Shown: in pieces, positions 25,586-33,289 of the stretch | Position numbering within the stretch: position 1 is the stretch's first letter | Layout: every line of letters starts with the position of its first letter | From: Candidatus Omnitrophota bacterium | Lineage (GTDB): Bacteria; Omnitrophota; Gorgyraeia; Gorgyraeales; Gorgyraeaceae | NCBI GenBank assembly: GCA_041648935.1 | Contig: JBAZOA010000002.1 | Span: 1 to 50,691, forward strand | Reading direction: 5' to 3' | DNA length: 50,691 bases | Notes under the pieces: generated by a model | Databases searched by the model: none | Told to the model about the DNA's origin: nothing | Seen by the model: only the letters and a program-made list of their open reading frames with translations | Program-made: the position numbers and the translations under genes

Positions 25586-25614
25586 AACTAAAAAACAAAA
25601 ACTTATAACCCGCT

Positions 25615-25670
25615 TGTCCTACAACCTTGTCTCATAATGTCCTATAACCATGTCCTATAATGTCCTATAT
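25615..25670. repeat. Five tandem 10-nt iterons TGTCCTAYAA
   Basis: Copies start at 25615, 25628, 25638, 25651 and 25661, giving spacings of 13, 10, 13 and 10 nt. The last copy overlaps the Fic stop codon. Confidence 0.6.
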
Positions 25671-26720
25671 TTTTGACACGGTTGATGATAAAACGTAATA
25701 AGCTCCTTTTAACTCACCTTTCTTCAGAAGAAGTCCTTTTTTGACTAGTGAAACTAAGTCTCTCGTTGCAGTCCGGCGAATACTTTCGCACAACCTCTGG
25801 CACTGTTCGTTGTTAATCTGTTCATTAACAACAAGATATCTGATAATCTTTTTTTGCCGTAAGTTCAGATTGTATTCTGCCAATGCCTTGACAATCTTTT
25901 CTGATACGATAATTTTTTTGCCTTTATCTTGTATTTCTTCCATTTGAGAGCGCAGGCCTTCTACGAAATAACCAAGCCATGCCGTCATATTCATATTATT
26001 GTTTCTGACAGACTGAATCGCCTGATAATAGCTCGGACGGTCTTTGTCGTAATGCTCTGAAATAGTAAAGAGCCGTTTGAAGTCATATCCAGTCTTGTAG
26101 AGAATGAGTGTCGAGAGAAGCCGGGCCGTCCTACCATTGCCATCAATAAACGGATGAATATGCACAAATTGAAATTGAGCGATACCAGCCACAAGGATAG
26201 GCGATATATCCTCGGCTTTATTTATCCATTCCGTAAGCTCCCGCATGAGATGCGGAACTTCTAAGGATGCAGGCGGAGTATAAACAACTTCACGCGTCCT
26301 GGAATTGACAACATAGTTTTGTATTCTTCTATAGCTACCAGGATCTGCATTTTCGCCACGGACATCTTTAACGAGAATCTTATGAAGCTCCCGGATAACG
26401 CCTTCTGAAAGAGGATCATCCTTACCGAGATACTTTGAAATAAAATCCATCGCTTTCTTGTAATTCAGAAGCTCTTTTTTATCATCATGGCTGACGCCTT
26501 TAACTTTTTTGCCTTCCAAGATACTCCTAGCCTGTTTAAGGCTTAAGGCTGTACCTTCAATGTGCGTAGAATGATGCGATTCAAGAATAAGCACCTTTTT
26601 CTGTATATCAACGAGCCAGTCATCTTTGAGTTTTACCGCATCCAAAAACCCCCTGACGCGTTCTATCTCTACGAGCGCTTTATTAATTTTTGGAGTTATT
26701 GTGTATTTTGGGTTAAGCAT
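25665..26720 (-). CDS. Fic family protein (class II, N-terminal inhibitory helix) with C-terminal wHTH
   Basis: Active-site motif HPFIDGNGRTAR, an inhibitory (S/T)xxxE(G/N) motif as STHIEG about 140 aa upstream, and a C-terminal helix-turn-helix-like segment. Confidence 0.9.
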   Translation of the reverse strand: MLNPKYTITPKINKALVEIERVRGFLDAVKLKDDWLVDIQKKVLILESHHSTHIEGTALSLKQARSILEGKKVKGVSHDDKKELLNYKKAMDFISKYLGKDDPLSEGVIRELHKILVKDVRGENADPGSYRRIQNYVVNSRTREVVYTPPASLEVPHLMRELTEWINKAEDISPILVAGIAQFQFVHIHPFIDGNGRTARLLSTLILYKTGYDFKRLFTISEHYDKDRPSYYQAIQSVRNNNMNMTAWLGYFVEGLRSQMEEIQDKGKKIIVSEKIVKALAEYNLNLRQKKIIRYLVVNEQINNEQCQRLCESIRRTATRDLVSLVKKGLLLKKGELKGAYYVLSSTVSKI

Positions 26721-27135
26721 AGGATTGTAGATTTTCTTCTGTTTGCGTTAAATCCATTATATCTTTGCACAAAGCGCGCGACTTCATTTCTTTTTTCAAG
26801 TAATCGATTATAAACCCATCAATACGCTTCCAGATATAAGAAATAAATCTTACTGGCTTCAGATTACCATGTTTATCACGATAATCAAGGTCATAACTTT
26901 CAATTTTATTATAGACTATTAAAATGGTTTCTTCAAGTAAATCCTCTCTAAAGCGCTGGATAAATTCTGGGAATACCACCTTGCGGATTCTGAAGATTAG
27001 AAAGCTTATATGACGCAGGACAAGCTCATCCTTACTTTTCTTCGAACCATTTTGAGCCTTATAAATTAGGCGCCTTTCTTCGGATAAAGAAATCCTTGGA
27101 TACCTTTGAATGATAGGCTTATAAGTATTCCACAT
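26713..27135 (-). CDS. Sigma-70 region-2-like fragment protein (no region 4)
   Basis: 140 aa. LSEERRLIYKAQNGSKKSKDELVLRHISFLIFRIRK...LLEETILIVYNKIESYD...RFISYIWKRIDGFIIDYL mirrors sigma-70 regions 1.2-2.4. It ends before any region 3/4 and overlaps the Fic start by 8 nt. Confidence 0.45.
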   Translation of the reverse strand: MWNTYKPIIQRYPRISLSEERRLIYKAQNGSKKSKDELVLRHISFLIFRIRKVVFPEFIQRFREDLLEETILIVYNKIESYDLDYRDKHGNLKPVRFISYIWKRIDGFIIDYLKKEMKSRALCKDIMDLTQTEENLQSYA

Positions 27136-27229
27136 ATTTTTTCAATTTCCTCCCCAATGGATATATAATAATGTCTCTTATGGATGTACATATTGGACAA
27201 TGCATTCTTTTAATCAAGGAGTAATTAAT

Positions 27230-28300
27230 ATGTCGAAATACTGGGAATTTACTCAAAAAAATGTATTCAACGAACTATTATCTTTACTAGGCAGGATAAC
27301 ACAAGAGAACTTAACTCATCAAATCGAATACCTAAAGGTTGAGAACGAAATATTGCGTAAGCGTGTCGGTAGAAGCATACGGCCAACACCTGTTGAAAGA
27401 AATAAACTTCTAAAATTCGGAGCTCCTCTTGGAAAAGATATAAAAAACATAATCTCTATCGTAACATATGAAACTTTCTTGCTTTGGGTTAGAAGATATA
27501 AACGGAAAAAGAATCCTGATAAGACCAAAAAACGCGGTAGACCTAAAACCCTACTAGAAATCCAACAATTAGTAGTAAGGCTGGCTAAAGAAAATAACTG
27601 GGGCTATATAAGGATTTTAGGTGAGTTAAATAAGCTGGGAGTTAAGCGCTTGTCAAAAAGTAACATAAAAAACATCTTAAAAGAAAATGGCATAGATCCC
27701 ATTCCTAAAAGAGCGGAAGATAGTTGGGATAATTTTATCAAAAGGCATTTCCAGACGCTTTGGGCGTGTGATTTCTTCACCAAGCAAGTCATTACTGCGC
27801 TAGGACCACGACTGTTTTTTGTTTTATTCTTTATAAATATAAAAACTAGGAGAGTTTACATTGCGGGAACCACCCAATTCCCTAAACAAGAATGGGTAAA
27901 TAAGCAGGCTAAAAACATGCTTCCTCTCCTTGCTAGCAATAAAAACGATAAAAGCCTGCTAATCCGTGACAGAGATAAGAAATTCTCAAAAGAATTCGAT
28001 GAGCTATTTAAAGATTTCGGATTTAACGTGCAGAAAACTCCTTTCATGTCACCGAATATGAATTCCTATGCTGAAAGCTGGGTAGGTACGATTAAGCGCG
28101 AGTGCCTGAATCATTTTATTGTCTTCGGTGAACGACATCTAAGATATCTAATAAGCGAATATGTAGCGCATTATAATACAACCAGGCCTCACTCCTCTAT
28201 GGGCAATATGCCACTGGAATTAAGTTTAACTAAAAATACAGGAAAAATTAAATGCCGAACAAAACTAGGAGGAATAATCAAAAATTATTACCGGAGATAA
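27230..28300 (+). CDS. DDE-type transposase/integrase (rve core domain; IS481/IS3-like)
   Basis: Start at ATG 27230 after AAGGAG. It has an N-terminal leucine-zipper/HTH region. DDE context: WACDFF, LIRDRDKKF, AESWVGTIKRE, then YNTTRPHSSMGNMPL. Confidence 0.85.
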   Translation: MSKYWEFTQKNVFNELLSLLGRITQENLTHQIEYLKVENEILRKRVGRSIRPTPVERNKLLKFGAPLGKDIKNIISIVTYETFLLWVRRYKRKKNPDKTKKRGRPKTLLEIQQLVVRLAKENNWGYIRILGELNKLGVKRLSKSNIKNILKENGIDPIPKRAEDSWDNFIKRHFQTLWACDFFTKQVITALGPRLFFVLFFINIKTRRVYIAGTTQFPKQEWVNKQAKNMLPLLASNKNDKSLLIRDRDKKFSKEFDELFKDFGFNVQKTPFMSPNMNSYAESWVGTIKRECLNHFIVFGERHLRYLISEYVAHYNTTRPHSSMGNMPLELSLTKNTGKIKCRTKLGGIIKNYYRR

Positions 28301-28544
28301 TAAAACAGCATAAATAAACGAAGAGGAAATTTTGTAAGCTGGGCTTTTGTCTTGATAGCCGGAAAATTGTGTTTTAACAGCCATCTAAAGCTATCTAACA
28401 AATCTAGAGCAGAAAAATTTAACTTACTGCTTTAGAAAATATCTATTTCCTTAATATTTAAAGAGCGTGTATAATTTTTGCACCGGCCGTTTCTCCGTCG
28501 GAGACGTGTCCTAACTCGTTGTGCCATATAGAGATAGGAGATGT

Positions 28545-28623
28545 TGGGGTGGGTGACGGGATTTGAACCCGCGACATCTTGCGCCACAGGCAAGCGCTCT
28601 AGCCAAGCTGAGCTACACCCACC
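28545..28623 (-). tRNA. tRNA-His (GUG) with genome-encoded G-1 and CCA
   Basis: Manual cloverleaf: G(-1), acceptor GTGGGTG/CACCCAC, D stem GCTC/GAGC, anticodon stem CTTGC/GCAAG with loop CTGTGGC, T arm GCGGG-TTCAAAT-CCCGT, discriminator C, CCA. Confidence 0.9.
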
Positions 28624-28627
28624 ACAA

Positions 28628-29557
28628 TCAAGACTTGTCAAAAATAAGACTTGCCAAATTACCCTGAAGATCGCGTATCTTCAGTTTATTTTCCTTAAAA
28701 TCAAAGCCCAGGATAAAACCGGCGATCAATGACTTGCCCAGTCTCTCCGGAGGCTCTTTATTCAATACTATATCATCAAGCCGAAAAAAACAATCGGCCT
28801 TGAGATTGCTATTGAAAAACTGCAGCTTGGCGTCAAAAAAGAGTTTGCCGTTTGCCACGGTTGTCTTTATATACCTGGGACACAATGGCCCAAGGGTGTC
28901 AATGCCTATGGATTCGGCCCTGCACTTCGCCTTTACCCTGCCGCCCCTGGATACCTGACCGTTTATCTGTAGCGGGGACAACGCGTCCGGATTTTTATTT
29001 TTAATAAAACCCGCTACCTTGAATGATATCGGGTTTTTCGCTGAAAAATAAAAATTAGGGTTTTTCATTACCCCTTTTATGTCCGTGAACTCCAGCCTTT
29101 CGTCATTCCCGAGGTCATACACCAAGACCCCTCCGATCACATCTATCCTCGAAAAATAAAATGACTTCTTTGGGCCGGAAGGAGATGCCGCGCCGGTACT
29201 GTTTTTTAAAAAATCATTCACGTTGACCCCGGCTTTATTCAGCCGCACGACGGGATTCATTATCCTTATGCTTGAAAACACAAACGTGTCTTTCAGTAAA
29301 AATGACGCCGGGCTGGGATAGACGCATATCTTCGCTATGTCTACGGTGTCGTTTATCTTTATTTCTTTAAGCTCGAGGCGTAACGGGAACCTCAAGGCTA
29401 TGTGGCCCACCGAGACCTTGGCGTTAAAATTATTCTCCAGGTACTTGGCCGCGAACGACTTGAACGCGTTGGCGGCGTAATTATAACCGAATAACACCGA
29501 CCCGGCCACCAGGCCTATTACCAAAACATACCAGATTTTCCTGACAAGATTCCGCAT
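28628..29557 (-). CDS. Membrane-anchored AsmA-like/DUF748-like envelope protein (putative)
   Basis: 309 aa with an N-terminal TM helix (IWYVLVIGLVAGSVLFG) followed by a beta-rich region. The family call is tentative. Confidence 0.45.
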   Translation of the reverse strand: MRNLVRKIWYVLVIGLVAGSVLFGYNYAANAFKSFAAKYLENNFNAKVSVGHIALRFPLRLELKEIKINDTVDIAKICVYPSPASFLLKDTFVFSSIRIMNPVVRLNKAGVNVNDFLKNSTGAASPSGPKKSFYFSRIDVIGGVLVYDLGNDERLEFTDIKGVMKNPNFYFSAKNPISFKVAGFIKNKNPDALSPLQINGQVSRGGRVKAKCRAESIGIDTLGPLCPRYIKTTVANGKLFFDAKLQFFNSNLKADCFFRLDDIVLNKEPPERLGKSLIAGFILGFDFKENKLKIRDLQGNLASLIFDKS

Positions 29558-29646
29558 AAATCCTTATTTGGAAAGAAAGGACCTCTCTTATTTAACTTAG
29601 GTAAATTATATACATAATACCTAGTTATAGCAAGGATATTTTAAAC

Positions 29647-29776
29647 TTAGAGAGGCTGTTTCCTCGCTAAATTTATCCAAAATGTCCGGTCTTTTTTGGC
29701 TGGGATTTTTTTAACTATTTGAGGTGCCAAAAGATATGATTGTCTATTTATTTAGACCCTGACATAGATAGCCATC
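29647..29776. repeat. Copy B of the intergenic upstream-region repeat family
   Basis: See copy A. Similarity continues through the downstream promoter-like TATATAAT region toward the gene start at 29557. Confidence 0.5.
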
Positions 29777-29814
29777 GTACAGAACATTGTCTACCAAAAA
29801 ACTCCGTGAAATAG

Positions 29815-31473
29815 CTATATACTTGAGTCTATCTGAGGAGTAAGTATTACTGTCTTTTGGATGCCGCTTTTATATAATTCATATCTTTCAGCAAATTTTA
29901 GCATGCCATCTATTGCTTTAATATTTCCAACTTGCCCTCTATTTGTCCCTATAACATCTAAAAATGCACAAGCAATTAAAAATGGCATAATCTTCTTCTC
30001 TTCCTTAACTTTATATCTTTTTATGAAATCCGCGACTATCCCTGGCTTAACTTCGCTTTTAGATATTTCATAAATAATTCCATGCAATCTAATAACCTCT
30101 ATAAGAATGTTTCTATCGATCAATTGATCTCCTAATTTACTATTTCTTTGCAGTATTTTCACTGACTCTTCTTCGTGAGCAGAATAAGATTTTAACTCTT
30201 TATCTTTATGCGCATTAAATACCTCAAATTTACCTATATCATGAAGTACTATAAAATTTTCAAAAAATATACGATTTTCTGAAGCGGATAAAATTGCCTT
30301 ATATTTCTCTGGAATCTTTGCATTATCTTTTAAATTATTTAAAGTATCCAGCATTGCTTGAAGATGATTTATTAACAATGGACCTTCATTATGACTGCTT
30401 AAAGGCAGGTTTGGAATATTAAAATATTCCTGCATCTCTGGAGATAAATATGCTTTTATCAAATCAGTGATTTGTCTCAAGATCTCTCTTTCCGCATCTT
30501 TTTTAACGACTTGGACATGCGATTTCCATATTTGCGATAAAGATTCTTTCAACGCTTTACCATCTTCAAACTGGGCCATACTACCTAAAGTAAAAACCAT
30601 ATCGGGACTAACCATCTCTGTTAATATGCGATTTGAGTAATTTGCCAGATTTATATTTCTAACCATAAAAACCGGTCCCTCTTTTAGCTGTCCATGCGCT
30701 TTTACCCAATTATTTAAATTTCTCGCTTCTTCTTCGCTCAATGTCTTTAACGCCTCTATGTTTATATGCGCTAAAGTTACATACGCCTTAACCATCTTGC
30801 CTGGTTCTAACTGTTTCCATTTTAGATCAAAACCTGCTTCTTGGAATTTACGCTGTAATACACTGATATTTTCTGCGCCTTTTATTATTTCACCGGCAAG
30901 CACTATATTGCCATCACGTTTAAAACCCCATTCAATGCTAGTAAATTTGATAGTGTATGGACCCGCTTCTTGAATCGCCTGAAGAACTAACTCAAAGTTT
31001 ATGGAGTCGAATTGCTCAGCAGAAAAAACCTGATCTTGAGATCTAAACATTGCCCCAACAGTAGCATGAGCATAATCAGCATTAATAAGCACCTTACTTT
31101 TAGTAATATCAGACACTTCCTGCCGCCATTTTTTGAATTGGTTATAAGCTGCTTTTGAAAAAGGATGTCCTGCCACAAAAGTTACACCATAATTAACACG
31201 AGCATTTTTTTCACTAAGCCCTGCCACTTCTTTTATATCCAATTCTAACAAATTGGCAATTTTTAATAACCGCGCTTCGTTTTGAATGGTTTCTTGACGT
31301 CCATGGCTATTGGCCAGAGGAAGCCTAAGATTATAGTTTGTTTTTACGCATTCTGAACCTTCTGGTAAGTCATCTATGGAGTTTAGGTTAGAAAAAACCG
31401 TAGAAGTACATAGAAAATAAATACTTATCAAGAAATAAACCATATTTAAATTATAAGCTTTTCTAATCTCCAT
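29815..31473 (-). CDS. Secreted/anchored fusion protein: 2H-phosphoesterase-like region plus C-terminal HDIG-type HD domain
   Basis: 552 aa, strongly AT-rich gene with a hydrophobic N-terminus. Candidate HxT motif YAHATVG and a degenerate second motif LAHINI about 100 aa later. HD domain: INHLQ...VLHDIGKF...HEEES. Confidence 0.5.
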   Translation of the reverse strand: MEIRKAYNLNMVYFLISIYFLCTSTVFSNLNSIDDLPEGSECVKTNYNLRLPLANSHGRQETIQNEARLLKIANLLELDIKEVAGLSEKNARVNYGVTFVAGHPFSKAAYNQFKKWRQEVSDITKSKVLINADYAHATVGAMFRSQDQVFSAEQFDSINFELVLQAIQEAGPYTIKFTSIEWGFKRDGNIVLAGEIIKGAENISVLQRKFQEAGFDLKWKQLEPGKMVKAYVTLAHINIEALKTLSEEEARNLNNWVKAHGQLKEGPVFMVRNINLANYSNRILTEMVSPDMVFTLGSMAQFEDGKALKESLSQIWKSHVQVVKKDAEREILRQITDLIKAYLSPEMQEYFNIPNLPLSSHNEGPLLINHLQAMLDTLNNLKDNAKIPEKYKAILSASENRIFFENFIVLHDIGKFEVFNAHKDKELKSYSAHEEESVKILQRNSKLGDQLIDRNILIEVIRLHGIIYEISKSEVKPGIVADFIKRYKVKEEKKIMPFLIACAFLDVIGTNRGQVGNIKAIDGMLKFAERYELYKSGIQKTVILTPQIDSSI

Positions 31474-31565
31474 AATAATCTTGGCAAAAAAATAGCCTTT
31501 TAGATTTATAGTTTAATATCATATAAAGTATATCATATTATATGTGTAATAGTCAAGTCAAAAAA

Positions 31566-31606
31566 GGAAATGCCTCCCGGTTGCTTTATATTAGAAAGGC
31601 ATTTCC
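31566..31606 (-). terminator. Hairpin plus U-run downstream of tRNA-Arg
   Basis: The arms GGAAATGCCT and AGGCATTTCC are perfect 10-bp complements with a 21-nt loop, followed on the minus strand by UUUUU. Confidence 0.4.
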
Positions 31607-31617
31607 ACGTCAAACCG

Positions 31618-31694
31618 TGGCGTCCCTGGCCTGATTCGAACAGGCGGCCACTTGCTTAGAAGGCAAGTGCTCTATCCAACTGAGCTACAGGGAC
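31618..31694 (-). tRNA. tRNA-Arg (UCU) with encoded CCA
   Basis: Acceptor GTCCCTG/CAGGGAC, D stem GCTC/GAGC, anticodon stem CTTGC/GCAAG with loop CTTCTAA, T arm GCCTG-TTCGAAT-CAGGC, discriminator G, CCA. Confidence 0.9.
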
Positions 31695-31767
31695 ACAGGT
31701 TCATGGTCCCTCGTGGCATATATGAAGTTTCATGGCCACTCGGGACCAAATTTTGTTCCACAGAATT

Positions 31768-31844
31768 TGGTCGGGGCGGCTGGACTCGAACCAGCGACCC
31801 CCTGCTCCCAAAGCAGGTGCTCTAGCCAACTGAGCCACGCCCCG
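31768..31844 (-). tRNA. tRNA-Pro (UGG) with encoded CCA
   Basis: Acceptor CGGGGCG/CGCCCCG, D stem GCTC/GAGC, anticodon stem CCTGC/GCAGG with loop TTTGGGA, T arm GCTGG-TTCGAGT-CCAGC, discriminator A, CCA. Confidence 0.9.
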
Positions 31845-31906
31845 GATCTGATCAGAGCGAGTAGAATTATACCATATACGGCTTAATGTTTCAAATCATT
31901 ATATGA

Positions 31907-31936
31907 TTGATTTTGGGGCTATATATCTTATATAAT
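31907..31936 (+). promoter_or_regulatory. Sigma-70-type promoter positioned for a leaderless mRNA
   Basis: TTGATT (31907..31912), an 18-nt spacer, then consensus TATAAT (31931..31936). The ATG at 31943 is only 6 nt downstream of the -10 and there is no SD. Confidence 0.5.
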
Positions 31937-31942
31937 ACTGCC

Positions 31943-33289
31943 ATGCCCAAAATAAACAGATTCCAAAAGATCCTGGCCATATTGATAAGCGCCTACGTGA
32001 TCTTCATGTCTCTATTGAACATATTCCTATGCGCAAAGTGCAAACCCATGTTCATGGAAAAACTTACCACGATCCTCAAAAGGAGAACGGAGATAGGCTC
32101 CGTCTCCTGCGGCATCCCGAACAGCATCATCATAAGAGAGGCCGTGATATACAACGTGACCAATCAGCACCCTCTTTATTATTTCAAGGAAATGAAGATA
32201 AGGCCGTCCATCCTGGCCCTGATATTCGAAAGAAAATTAAAATTCTACTGCGAGATCTTTCCTACCAAAAAATTCAAGGCGCACATCTACGCCACCGGAA
32301 ATTACGACTTCAAGAAAAAAGGGCTCTTTCTGAAATTCCGCCTGAAGGACGTGCCTTACACCAAAGACCTGGGTCCCATCCACGGCTCCCTGAAATTATA
32401 TAAAAAACCCGGCTTGAACGAAGACGATTATCCCACGGATAAGATGGAAATCTCCTTCACCTCCCCTAACATGCAGCTTACCGCGCTCGCGGATATCTTA
32501 AACGTGAACGGCAAGACAGAAATCAGGGGCAGGATGTACGCCCCTTTCATAAAAACAGACAAACTGCGATTTACCAACATAGAGTCTGACGCGGCCCTGA
32601 TCCACGACAAGCTGTACTTCTATAATCTGTATTCCGATCTCTACAGGGGGGCCCTGCGCCTTGACGGCTATGTCGACCTGGATAATCCCGTAAACCCGTG
32701 CGCCGTGAGCATGAACATCAATGACATGGACATACACGAATTTTCATCCACGTCCTCGCTTTTTGATAAGGACGTGACCGGCATGCTGTTCGCCAACGTC
32801 AAACTGAAAGGTTCTTTCGGCCACATGGATTCCATGACAGGAAAGGCATGGATCGAGATAAAAAACGCCAATGTCTGGGAGGCGGCGATGTTCAAGGGCA
32901 TCGCGAAGATCCTGATGATACCTGATCTCAAAAAAGTGGTCTTTACTTACGCGTCCGGCCTGTTTGACCTGAAAAACAGCGTCATAACGACCAATAAACT
33001 AAAACTTACAAGCAAGCCCGTGGAGCTGGCCGCGGCCGGAAAACTGAACCTCGACGGCATCGTGGACGCCAGCGTCAGGATAAAATTCAAAAAAGAACTG
33101 ATAGAATCATCTCCTATCCTGTCTAAGTTATCAAGTCTGATATTGGAAAGCGCGGGATGGTTTCTGGGGAGTATCAAAATAGAGGGCCGGATCCAGGACC
33201 CTTCGTTCAGCCTGGCGCCTGTCGGCGTGGGCAACATATTCAACAAGATCAAAGACACTATAGACAAGGTTAAAGATATTTTAAAATAA
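31943..33289 (+). CDS. AsmA-family-like envelope protein (putative)
   Basis: I prefer ATG 31943 (MPKINRFQKILAILISAYVIF) because the track start TTG is the -35 hexamer. It has an N-terminal anchor, a beta-rich body and an AsmA-like C-terminal segment (IKIEGRIQDPSFSLAP). Confidence 0.5.
   Translation: MPKINRFQKILAILISAYVIFMSLLNIFLCAKCKPMFMEKLTTILKRRTEIGSVSCGIPNSIIIREAVIYNVTNQHPLYYFKEMKIRPSILALIFERKLKFYCEIFPTKKFKAHIYATGNYDFKKKGLFLKFRLKDVPYTKDLGPIHGSLKLYKKPGLNEDDYPTDKMEISFTSPNMQLTALADILNVNGKTEIRGRMYAPFIKTDKLRFTNIESDAALIHDKLYFYNLYSDLYRGALRLDGYVDLDNPVNPCAVSMNINDMDIHEFSSTSSLFDKDVTGMLFANVKLKGSFGHMDSMTGKAWIEIKNANVWEAAMFKGIAKILMIPDLKKVVFTYASGLFDLKNSVITTNKLKLTSKPVELAAAGKLNLDGIVDASVRIKFKKELIESSPILSKLSSLILESAGWFLGSIKIEGRIQDPSFSLAPVGVGNIFNKIKDTIDKVKDILK

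Noticed and set aside
25615-25670. The possibility that the short direct repeats form a CRISPR array.
   Set aside because: The repeat unit is only 10 nt with 0-3 nt between copies, so there are no spacers. No cas genes are present in the window.
27144-28331. Candidate terminal inverted repeats of the transposase unit: aatttcctc at 27144..27152 and gaggaaatt at 28323..28331.
   Set aside because: The match is only 9 nt in AT-rich DNA and could easily be chance. No flanking target-site duplication was seen, so no IS boundaries are reported.
28545-28575. Search for a duplicated tRNA-His or tRNA-Arg 3' segment (att site) at the distal island borders, within repeat copies A and B.
   Set aside because: Only trivial similarity was found (ggatttga-like 8-mers), which is not enough to call attL/attR by eye. 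A computational search is needed.
31695-31767. An imperfect hairpin (GGTCCC..GTGGC / GCCAC..GGGACC) in the spacer between tRNA-Pro and tRNA-Arg, considered as a possible extra RNA gene.
   Set aside because: It is too short and lacks a cloverleaf. It is most simply a processing or spacer structure within a co-transcribed tRNA pair.
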